A stretch of DNA of 64,000 nt, from positions 256,001 to 320,000 of the IMG/VR virus record IMGVR_UViG_3300037067_012889; one strand, given 5' to 3'. Of this stretch, positions 36,043-44,105 are shown piece by piece. The translations under genes were made by a program, and so were the position numbers. Under the pieces are notes generated by a model. It did not search any database, was not told the origin of the DNA, and saw nothing but the letters and a program-made list of their open reading frames with translations. This DNA comes from a virus (lineage: Duplodnaviria; Caudoviricetes). How positions within the stretch are numbered: the stretch's first letter is position 1; each line of letters opens with the position of its first letter.

Positions 36043-37881
36043 TTACTCGCTTAAATGTTGACCATACCCGCTCTGAGATAGCAATTGACGCTGTCTAGTT
36101 ATTCTATCACTAACAGACAACAATGACAATTTCGATCCCAGCACTTTATTCTTTTGATGGTACATCGTCCAATTGTCTACTCGATCATGATGTAAGTGTA
36201 ATAAATCAAATTGTCTATTTTCTCTCCAATTTGTCGCTTTAGACAATCTGAAATAAAAATCACAATCTTCGACACCATAACCAACAAATTCTTCAACAAA
36301 CCCGCCGATTTTCCAATACGTTTTTCGTCTACATGCAATAGATCCACCCTCAAAATAATCGACCATATGATTGTACATTGGACGATCTACAATACCATTC
36401 GCATTTATTGCACGCGTCTCTGCTAAACCCATATAGAAAATCTGTTTACAGAGATGGCACGATTCTACTTCCGATAATTCTTTAGCTATTGATTTAAAAT
36501 AGTTACTTGGTGCAAGTGTATCTGCATCATGAAGAACAAGCATATCAGATGTACAAGCCGCAACGCCAACGTTCCAAGCTTTACTCTTATTAAAAGCAGC
36601 ACCTGGCAATCCGGGTGTAAAGATATGCTTAGCTGGAGCACATTCATCATCATTTATCTTCTGAGAAGTATCTTCTTCAGTCATTACTATTTCTATGTCA
36701 GGGAAACGTTGTGCCCTGATGCTTCTCAGCACAGTCAATATCGAATCCTTCCTATCGATTTCTCGATAAGGAATGACACATGATATTCGTGGTACATCAG
36801 CACTTTCACTTGCATTGACATAAGTCGGTCTTGTCGTAATAGTGCTAAGTATTGTCTTCGCACGCTTAAATTTTTCAACTCTATTTTCTACAGATGATTG
36901 CTCTGGATAAACAACGAAGAACGATTCAGAACCATCGACATCATAAAATCCGTGTGGTTGCAGTTTACTATTGGCTAACCTTGTAGACCAATCGACATGT
37001 TCTACACCATACTGTCCAAATTGCTCATCAAAATAACCAACTTTATCAAAGGCAATATGATCAAATGCCATTATTGCGCCGTGCGGTTTATTATCGACGA
37101 CACTAAGTGACACACCATTCACGTTAACGCTATTGCCTTTAACAGCACCATAGACACCTGGCTGACGATAACAAAAATGATGAAATCCGGCCTTATGCAT
37201 AGCCAAAAAATAAAAATTTTCCCAACCTTCGCGTAAAACCTCGACATCATCGTTTAATAAGATCTTCTTTGGGAATCTCGACAGACAATGCATTAAACGA
37301 TTGCTATTGCCTGCAACTCCTAGTTGCCGCTCATTCCTGAGAAGTACTATGTCGCCACGTGCCTCTAGCTCTGACAAATATGTTAACTGATCTTGATTGG
37401 TGCTATTGTCGTCGCTTATGAATATAGTAGTTCTACACGTGTTTGTGTATTTGGTAATAGAATCGACCAATCTACGCAACGAATTTGCCCGATTATATGT
37501 CAAGATTCCTATACCAATATCATTGCTGATAGCGAAAGCACTATTTGTAAAAGCTTTTGCAACGGAAGGATCAACATTCCTTCTCATATGCCCAACGATT
37601 GGTTTCTTTGCTTCTTTGTGAACGTGTTTTGTTACTTGTATTGGTCTTGCTATTTGACGAGATGTTTTAATTTCTCTTTTATGTTTCTGAGGTGCTGGTG
37701 GCATATCATCTATATTTATTAGATATCCTTTAGAATTGCCATTACCATTAACATAACGATTAAAGAATTCTGGAAGTCTTACACGACGTCCTTTACGTAT
37801 GTGGACAGTATCACCATTAGGCCCAACCAGATACAAGTCGTGTGGGTGTGGATTTAGATACTCTGGCACAATGTCTTCCAA
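36043..37881 (-). CDS. two-domain GT-A glycosyltransferase (GT2 + GT2/GT7C-like) with N-terminal extension
   Basis: ILTYNR, ISDDNST, LLNDD and VGYFDEQFGQYGVEHVDW; second domain VIPYR, FNKSKAWNVG, LHDAD and IGGFVEEFVGYGVEDCDF. True start may be the GTG at 37869. Confidence 0.85.
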   Translation of the reverse strand: MEDIVPEYLNPHPHDLYLVGPNGDTVHIRKGRRVRLPEFFNRYVNGNGNSKGYLINIDDMPPAPQKHKREIKTSRQIARPIQVTKHVHKEAKKPIVGHMRRNVDPSVAKAFTNSAFAISNDIGIGILTYNRANSLRRLVDSITKYTNTCRTTIFISDDNSTNQDQLTYLSELEARGDIVLLRNERQLGVAGNSNRLMHCLSRFPKKILLNDDVEVLREGWENFYFLAMHKAGFHHFCYRQPGVYGAVKGNSVNVNGVSLSVVDNKPHGAIMAFDHIAFDKVGYFDEQFGQYGVEHVDWSTRLANSKLQPHGFYDVDGSESFFVVYPEQSSVENRVEKFKRAKTILSTITTRPTYVNASESADVPRISCVIPYREIDRKDSILTVLRSIRAQRFPDIEIVMTEEDTSQKINDDECAPAKHIFTPGLPGAAFNKSKAWNVGVAACTSDMLVLHDADTLAPSNYFKSIAKELSEVESCHLCKQIFYMGLAETRAINANGIVDRPMYNHMVDYFEGGSIACRRKTYWKIGGFVEEFVGYGVEDCDFYFRLSKATNWRENRQFDLLHLHHDRVDNWTMYHQKNKVLGSKLSLLSVSDRITRQRQLLSQSGYGQHLSE

Positions 37882-38387
37882 ATGTCATATAGTTCAGTTT
37901 CAAGTTGCTCAAAAGTGCCGTTGTTCCGTGCTATTAAAAATAAGTCGCAAGACTTCTTATATTGTGGCAGTGAACTTTTAAATCTATCAACATAGTCACA
38001 AAGCAACGCCTCTGATAATTTTGCGTCTCTGGATAAACATAGTTGCATGTTAGATTGCACAAACAACAATACTACTCTATGTAATGCTACTTTTGCATCT
38101 TCGATCAATGTCAAAACTGTGTTATATTTTGAATTACAAGCATCTAGGACTATGATTTCTTTTGGCGACACTTGTGATATTTCTTCCCTGCATTTGTCGA
38201 GTGCGGTAGACCAGCACCCGATATTGTACGCGCGTTGGACTTCTATGTCCAATTCAGACAAATTATCAGGAATCCAATCTGATGGCCTGATTATATGCCA
38301 GTTGTAGCTGGCATGCTTAGACGACATAACGTCTATAGCCTTACTCTTACCCGACTTTGGGAACCCGCATGTAAGAATTAGGATAAT
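37854..38387 (-). CDS. P-loop kinase (AAA_33 / polynucleotide-kinase-like), probable ATT/ATC start
   Basis: ILTCGFPKSGKS Walker A, IVLDACN and CLSR motifs; AAGGAGG SD at 38392-38398 is followed only by ATT ATC. Confidence 0.7.
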   Translation of the reverse strand: MILILTCGFPKSGKSKAIDVMSSKHASYNWHIIRPSDWIPDNLSELDIEVQRAYNIGCWSTALDKCREEISQVSPKEIIVLDACNSKYNTVLTLIEDAKVALHRVVLLFVQSNMQLCLSRDAKLSEALLCDYVDRFKSSLPQYKKSCDLFLIARNNGTFEQLETELYDIWKTLCQSI

Positions 38388-38415
38388 GTCGCCTCCTTCG
38401 GAGATAGACCACAAA

Positions 38416-39006
38416 CTAAGATGAGCATGGAATTCCTATATAAAGTGGCACTGGTGTATTGTCTACATTTGTAAATCTAAATACGCTTGGTTTAATTATG
38501 ACACCGCTTGCGTAATTGCCAACACCAGTATTAATTTGTTCGAGTAGCTGTTCAGATACTACATCAACTTTCAATACGTTTTGTGTGTCAAACGTTTTCC
38601 CAAATACATCTCTAATCATACCTGGACCTAGAAATTTATTAAGGCTTACCCTTATATCAACTAAAACAGGTATACCTGTATCCAGGGCAAAATAATAAAT
38701 AGCTTGTTTCACACCAGCTGCATGAGATATAGCTATTAATCTTTTCGCCTGATTTTGAAGAAAGTCTATAGCCACTAGTGTTAGCGAATCTTTTGTATTG
38801 GCGAGGTCGATAGTTTTACCAGCCCAATCGCCCATAGATACAACAACATTACCATTGTTGTGCACTATCAAACAGCTAAGTCCAATGTTCTGATAGTACT
38901 TAATAATATATGACAATCTTCCAGTTATCATCGATATATCAGATAACGGCTCCGGATGCGGCAGCATTATTGGAAGAATTTTAGACGTACCAGATTGTGT
39001 TGCCAT
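38416..39006 (-). CDS. hypothetical protein with partial RNA-ligase-like motifs
   Basis: LVDIRV and SGVIIKP resemble Rnl2 motifs IIIa and IV; no KxxG motif seen. Confidence 0.5.
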   Translation of the reverse strand: MATQSGTSKILPIMLPHPEPLSDISMITGRLSYIIKYYQNIGLSCLIVHNNGNVVVSMGDWAGKTIDLANTKDSLTLVAIDFLQNQAKRLIAISHAAGVKQAIYYFALDTGIPVLVDIRVSLNKFLGPGMIRDVFGKTFDTQNVLKVDVVSEQLLEQINTGVGNYASGVIIKPSVFRFTNVDNTPVPLYIGIPCSS

Positions 39007-39289
39007 CTATTTTTTGCTGTATATGCCAGCTTCCTCGTCGATTATTACGAATAAAATCGGTGTCGAAAACATATGTATTTTTCTTCATCTCATCTTCTGT
39101 CAGTGTAAGCAGTAATCGCGGTGTCCCTTCAAAAATTATCGACACCTTGTTACTCTTAGCGTCGAAATTATTCACAAACCCAAACCATATACGAAACCAA
39201 CCGACCCAAGTTACATAATCAGAGTATCGTGGCATCCATGTTGTCAATGCTCTAAATGTAGCAAGTGGCGGAAGTTCTATTTCTCTCAT
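38981..39289 (-). CDS. hypothetical protein
   Basis: 102 aa, coupled within the operon. Confidence 0.6.
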   Translation of the reverse strand: MREIELPPLATFRALTTWMPRYSDYVTWVGWFRIWFGFVNNFDAKSNKVSIIFEGTPRLLLTLTEDEMKKNTYVFDTDFIRNNRRGSWHIQQKIDGNTIWYV

Positions 39290-39291
39290 TT

Positions 39292-39828
39292 TTATCCTTG
39301 CCTCTTATGACTTTCAGTCTTAAAACGAGTCAATCGATGGATATAAACATCATATCGATATGTAAAGCCATCAGACAAATCCCATTGAATAAAATGACCA
39401 CTACGATATCCGCCAAGCATCCTGCTTATAACAGGATCGATTGTAGCAAAGCCACTCTCAGATATGACTGGTGGCGACTTCATTGCTTTGCCGTTAACAT
39501 CGACGGATGCCATGTTGTTTGCTATTTTAGCGGCTGCTTCTTCTCGCTGTTTTACGACATCGAGACCCTCAATAAGCATATCACGTGCCGAGCTAGTTTT
39601 CGATTTTGCTGACACATTGAATATCTGCTTATGGTTGTAAGTATCAGTACCAGCCATCTTAGCGGCAAGAGTAACATCGTCTGTTTTAATATTGAGATGA
39701 GAGTTGGGTTCTAGCTGCATTAAGACGCGTTGTATGTCTGATACGGTCTTTATAGTCGGAATCTCAAACCTTTTGCGGTTCGATTCCGCTTGTGTTCTCC
39801 TGGCTAACTCCCTCTCCAAATTCTCCAT
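39292..39828 (-). CDS. hypothetical protein
   Basis: 178 aa, GGAG SD. Confidence 0.6.
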   Translation of the reverse strand: MENLERELARRTQAESNRKRFEIPTIKTVSDIQRVLMQLEPNSHLNIKTDDVTLAAKMAGTDTYNHKQIFNVSAKSKTSSARDMLIEGLDVVKQREEAAAKIANNMASVDVNGKAMKSPPVISESGFATIDPVISRMLGGYRSGHFIQWDLSDGFTYRYDVYIHRLTRFKTESHKRQG

Positions 39829-40258
39829 TAGTATCTCCGTTACTTTCAGAATCTATTATTTTTAAATTAATATCAACTGCTGCAACACGGCCGTTGTGTA
39901 CTAATCTAAATACAGCATGATAAAGATTTGCAAATCCCCAAAGAGCAATCACTTTTACAATTATATTATTACCAGCATCTGACGATATGTATTCTCCGGG
40001 TAGAAAAAACGAGAAAAACAGAGATGTCCATAAACTAGTGCACCACCCACATGATACAAGATCGGAAGCCCATCTCCCAATTAATTTAATTACACTATAA
40101 GCTTTATAGTTATAAACATCACTATCCATTAACGCAGTTCTTGCAAGAAACTGCCTCATCGGCGAAAAGAATACCGATGTGGTTATTGCTTCGGCCGCAC
40201 GTTCTGACGCAATAGTACATATCAACCAAGAGCCAATAATCGATATAATTTCTATCAT
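39764..40258 (-). CDS. DUF1360-like membrane protein
   Basis: ITTS..F.P.R and DLVSCGWCTSLW motif; several hydrophobic segments. Confidence 0.6.
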   Translation of the reverse strand: MIEIISIIGSWLICTIASERAAEAITTSVFFSPMRQFLARTALMDSDVYNYKAYSVIKLIGRWASDLVSCGWCTSLWTSLFFSFFLPGEYISSDAGNNIIVKVIALWGFANLYHAVFRLVHNGRVAAVDINLKIIDSESNGDTNGEFGEGVSQENTSGIEPQKV

Positions 40259-40542
40259 ACAAACGTCCGATTACAACGTGTACATCGTTTACGATTTCTA
40301 GCACCACTACCAGACAAGATTGGTGACAACGCAGCACCACAAAGAGGACAAGATTTCAAACCATGCAGTTGCTCTTTCACCTTGATTGTGCTAGTGGTTG
40401 TCTTAATTACTATTTTAGATGTCGCCGTAGGGCGTAGCCTGGGAGTTTGAGTAGACTTCGGAATTGGTTTTGGTTTAGATTCACTGACAGCTCGACGTTG
40501 CATTGCCTTAGCCGCAGCACCACCGCATGCACCACATGCCAT
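40255..40542 (-). CDS. small basic zinc-ribbon protein (MACGACG...)
   Basis: N-terminal CxxC; C-terminal CPLCG...CTRC. Confidence 0.65.
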   Translation of the reverse strand: MACGACGGAAAKAMQRRAVSESKPKPIPKSTQTPRLRPTATSKIVIKTTTSTIKVKEQLHGLKSCPLCGAALSPILSGSGARNRKRCTRCNRTFV

Positions 40543-40706
40543 TATGACCTAGCCTTTCTAACCCCGATTCTTTGTATGTGTATCTGCTGACGCACTTGTG
40601 CGCTTGGCCGTGATGCTGGCGTTGGCGATTGTCTAATTATAATCGATTTACCTGTGGATCTTGCGACCCTGGTTGGCTTCCTATTTCCGCATCCACCGCA
40701 TGCCAT
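40542..40706 (-). CDS. small basic protein, 54 aa (MACGGCG...), below the ORF-track cutoff
   Basis: Read by hand: MACGGCGNRKPTRVARSTGKSIIIRQSPTPASRPSAQVRQQIHIQRIGVRKARS*; its TAA overlaps the next ATG (TAATG). Confidence 0.65.
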   Translation of the reverse strand: MACGGCGNRKPTRVARSTGKSIIIRQSPTPASRPSAQVRQQIHIQRIGVRKARS

Positions 40707-41362
40707 AATTCACCAAAGAAAAAAGAATCTGGATTAACATTGGCGGCAAAATCATTCCAGCTACAAATAAAACATGGCGTTAATTGTAGCGGTATGATTA
40801 CCCTGTTCTTCCTATTTTTGGTGTGACTTATATTAAATGAAATAGGTCCACAATGTGCATAATGATCAAAGTAAAGATGTGGGAACCATAATCGCTGTTG
40901 TGGTTCATTAGAATCCTTAGGCCGCAAAAATTCGAGGGCAGTAAAATCAAAAGCTATCCAATCCATATTCGGATTTGGTTTAAAAAATACTAATGGTTTA
41001 ATTGGCAACCCTAAAGCTCTTGATACTAGTTGTGCATCATATGAACTCTGGTGATACCACCCACTAAAAATACTGGTAGTATATCCACTTAGAATAGAAG
41101 TTAAGCTAAATCCTTTACCTTTTTTAGCTTCTAGATTGAAACGACACCTATTTTTGGCGTCGGCTGGGACTACATCGCCCGTCAAATCACGCAAGACCGT
41201 GTCAGATTCTCTTCCTTCAACTCGCCGCCGCCGAAATTCCCTGCCAGACCACTCAGTTAATAATCTGGCCACTCTACGTTCATGACATTTCGCGGTCGAG
41301 ACGTTAGACTTTCCCACCTGACTCGCCGTTCTTGTCATCATTGACCTCTGCCGTGGCTGCAA
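40637..41362 (-). CDS. Holliday junction resolvase-like PD-(D/E)xK nuclease
   Basis: K.HERRVARLL...GDVVP...FNLEAKK...W..Q...DA. Confidence 0.65.
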   Translation of the reverse strand: MQPRQRSMMTRTASQVGKSNVSTAKCHERRVARLLTEWSGREFRRRRVEGRESDTVLRDLTGDVVPADAKNRCRFNLEAKKGKGFSLTSILSGYTTSIFSGWYHQSSYDAQLVSRALGLPIKPLVFFKPNPNMDWIAFDFTALEFLRPKDSNEPQQRLWFPHLYFDHYAHCGPISFNISHTKNRKNRVIIPLQLTPCFICSWNDFAANVNPDSFFFGELWHAVDAEIGSQPGSQDPQVNRL

Positions 41363-42203
41363 ATTGTCTAAATTTTGCAGCTAATCTACTATATTCAGTC
41401 ACAAATCCACTAACCTTATATTTACGAGCGAGATCGAATAATTTATTCTTATCGAAGATAGGCTGTGTGTCTAATATCTTCTGGACATATAATTGATTCT
41501 TCAACAATTCAGGGCATAGCGATAAATCTATCAAGAGCATATTTCTAATAAATGGGCTCATACCAACACGTGCTAAGAAAATTGCTCTATCCTTACTAGA
41601 CTTAGCCATGGCAGTACTTTTAACAGGACCTATACCATCATATCCATTTATACGATCCGATGTATCGCCACATAATGCTTTCTGTATAACTGGATCGTAA
41701 TTTGTCTCCTCCATAAATGTTTCTTTCATAGGATCAAAACATTTAACGTGCGACATTCGAAATGCTAGCTGTTTATAATCACTATCGGATGAACATACAA
41801 CTATTGGTGAAGGTGCCAGTACTTTGCAAGTAGCATAAATTAAATCGTCAGCTTCCATGTGATCTTTATTGAATTGTCTGCAACCCATGTAACTGAACAT
41901 GGCCTTAGCAGCAAGCTGAGTACTAATCAGCTCATCCTTAATATCTAAAGTATACTTATCCGGCTTGTCTTTGTATCCGTCAAAAATCTTCATACGCCAT
42001 AACGTAGATCTTTTAGCATCCCAAAATATATTCACACTTTCTGGTTTGAAACGATCGATCCATCCACACATAAACCTAAGCATAATCGTGAATGAATGCT
42101 GGTGTTTATATTGAGACTGCGGCTTTCTATTGGCGAAAATAGCACGATACATCAGGTTCCTAGCATCAACCAACATTATACATTTCTGATCTGTATTGTC
42201 CAT
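41304..42203 (-). CDS. 5'-3' exonuclease / RNase H (FEN-like, T4 rnh-like)
   Basis: LVDARNLMYRA, FWDA, R..IFDGYK, EADDLI, SSDSDYKQL and LCGDTSDRINGYDGIGP motifs. Confidence 0.9.
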   Translation of the reverse strand: MDNTDQKCIMLVDARNLMYRAIFANRKPQSQYKHQHSFTIMLRFMCGWIDRFKPESVNIFWDAKRSTLWRMKIFDGYKDKPDKYTLDIKDELISTQLAAKAMFSYMGCRQFNKDHMEADDLIYATCKVLAPSPIVVCSSDSDYKQLAFRMSHVKCFDPMKETFMEETNYDPVIQKALCGDTSDRINGYDGIGPVKSTAMAKSSKDRAIFLARVGMSPFIRNMLLIDLSLCPELLKNQLYVQKILDTQPIFDKNKLFDLARKYKVSGFVTEYSRLAAKFRQFAATAEVNDDKNGESGGKV

Positions 42204-42226
42204 GTCGCCCGCCTTATAATAAACGA

Positions 42227-42253
42227 GGCGAAGAGGAATTATTCCTCTTCGCC
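42227..42253 (-). terminator. stem-loop after the SSB gene
   Basis: Inverted repeat ggcgaagaggaat / attcctcttcgcc, followed by a T-rich tract on the minus strand. Confidence 0.65.
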
Positions 42254-42279
42254 CCTACTGGCCCTGATACGTACTGTTG

Positions 42280-43557
42280 CTAGCTGTTGAGTTCGTCTAA
42301 AAGACGATCAACCTCGCCATCAGCGTCGTCAACAACCTCTTCAGACGACTCATCCGATTCTTCGGCTGGCACTTCGCCATCTAATATATCGGCCTCGACT
42401 TCAACTTCAGCCTCGACTTCGGCCTCGACTTCGGCCTCGACTTCGGCCTCAGCAACCGGATCATCCTCTAACTCAGGATCCGGTTCGACTTTTTTGGGCT
42501 TTGCCGCCGCTGGCTTAGCTGCTGGCTTGGTTGCTGCCGCCGCTGGCTTGGCCGCTGGCTTAGCTGCTGGCTTGGCTGCTGGCTTAGTTGCTGGCTTGGC
42601 TGCTGGCTTAGCTGCCGCCGCCGCTGGCTTAGCTGCCGCCGCCGCTGGCTTGGCTGCTGGCTTGGCTGCTGGCTTGGCTGCCGGTTCTTCAACATCCTCG
42701 GAAACCGCAGCGTCTTCATCTTGGTCGAATCCACCAGATGCTGCGGCCTTAGTCGCTGCTCGCCCGCTCAGCACTGCAGTGACCTTAGCAACCTCTTCAA
42801 GATCGACGGTCGGCATCTTTTCCCAGAGATTTTGTCGCTTTGCAAGTATCTCCTCGATCCGTTTTGGGTCGGCTTGCTTGGAAACCTTGTCGAGAGCGAG
42901 TGGTCTCTTTGAACCGGGACCGGTCAAGAACTTCGATCTTTTGTAGCTATTCATCTGTCCATCTTTGTAGACTTCAAGCTGAAACATCGAAGCATTATTT
43001 TCATCGAAGAACACACCAAATGGTAGCGGCTCTGCAGGATCGCCGCCATCATCATCACGATAAAGGCATTCAAGCCAAATATCGACAACGGTCTTTGGTG
43101 CGTTCCACCATAAGACCTTGCTACGAAGTTCTTCAGGATTCAGTTCGAGCGGTGGGAAATAGAGATTGACCAAATGATACTGGCCGGGAAGAAGCGCTTT
43201 GCCGATCTCGCCACGTTTTTTCTTACCTTCGACAGTCGTGCCATCGATTTCAGATAAGAGATCGAAGCCATATTGGCAGATCTCACATTCCTCATCATTG
43301 ATAATACGCGGACAACCGATCCGCTTATTATCAATATAATGGGCACCATTCGGAATTGCGAACAATTCCATGGTTCGTTCACACGTCGCTTTGCCCTCGT
43401 TGCAGAGATCGCCTTCTTGCAATGGTGGCAAAACAAAGAACCGAAACTTCGCTACTTTATCGCCATCCATTTTGGGGGCTCGGAATTCTGTTGGATCCCT
43501 GCCCTTCTTCAATTTAGCTCTAACTTGAGCCCTAATAGCTTCAATGTCATATGCCAC
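42280..43557 (-). CDS. single-stranded DNA-binding protein (gp32-like) with AAKP repeats and acidic tail
   Basis: FRFFVLPP, H....GCPR....CEIC zinc site, Y..SKF, and acidic C-terminus ending VDRLLDELNS; located next to the UvsY-like and exonuclease genes. Confidence 0.7.
   Translation of the reverse strand: MAYDIEAIRAQVRAKLKKGRDPTEFRAPKMDGDKVAKFRFFVLPPLQEGDLCNEGKATCERTMELFAIPNGAHYIDNKRIGCPRIINDEECEICQYGFDLLSEIDGTTVEGKKKRGEIGKALLPGQYHLVNLYFPPLELNPEELRSKVLWWNAPKTVVDIWLECLYRDDDGGDPAEPLPFGVFFDENNASMFQLEVYKDGQMNSYKRSKFLTGPGSKRPLALDKVSKQADPKRIEEILAKRQNLWEKMPTVDLEEVAKVTAVLSGRAATKAAASGGFDQDEDAAVSEDVEEPAAKPAAKPAAKPAAAAAKPAAAAAKPAAKPATKPAAKPAAKPAAKPAAAATKPAAKPAAAKPKKVEPDPELEDDPVAEAEVEAEVEAEVEAEVEVEADILDGEVPAEESDESSEEVVDDADGEVDRLLDELNS
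42390..42690 (-). repeat. 12-nt coding tandem repeats (EAEV and AAKP)
   Basis: gcctcgacttcg and gctgctggcttg units on the plus strand. Confidence 0.9.
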
Positions 43558-43568
43558 GCTAGATCTCC

Positions 43569-44090
43569 TTAAGTTTGTCTACTGGATTGTTCTTTGTCTT
43601 GACGCTTAAAACCAGCAAGCGATCTGCTGTGTTCAGATCTCAGCTTTATCGCTTCTACCATGTGATATACTTTCCCACAATTTCTCTGTAATATGGTGAG
43701 TTCTGCCTCTATTTTAACAAGATCTGGATCACCATCGACTATCGCATTAGTTTGCTTATCTGTCGGCGGTTTTGTATTTCGTATGCGGAATTCTTCAATA
43801 GTCTTACGCAATATAGAATGTTTCTTCGACCTAATCTTCAATTCTAATATTGCAACAGCACTCCTGAGTTCGCTATAAATAGCTGCCCAATACATATATT
43901 GGGCTGGGATGCGTTCATGTTGCTCTTCTAATAATTCATAATTTATATCGATATCTTCTGCTAAGTTGATTTCACAGATTGTACCGTTTTGTAATTTGAC
44001 CTTAAATTGAAATAGAGAACTATTGGCAAGATCGAGTGGTACATGTTCTCGAAACCATTGCGGCATCTGTTCTTTTTTATCGTATACCAT
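43569..44090 (-). CDS. recombination mediator, UvsY-like
   Basis: Helical protein with PTDKQ.NAIVDGDPDL motif; adjacent to the SSB gene. Confidence 0.55.
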   Translation of the reverse strand: MVYDKKEQMPQWFREHVPLDLANSSLFQFKVKLQNGTICEINLAEDIDINYELLEEQHERIPAQYMYWAAIYSELRSAVAILELKIRSKKHSILRKTIEEFRIRNTKPPTDKQTNAIVDGDPDLVKIEAELTILQRNCGKVYHMVEAIKLRSEHSRSLAGFKRQDKEQSSRQT

Positions 44091-44105
44091 ATGTTCTCAA
44101 ATACG

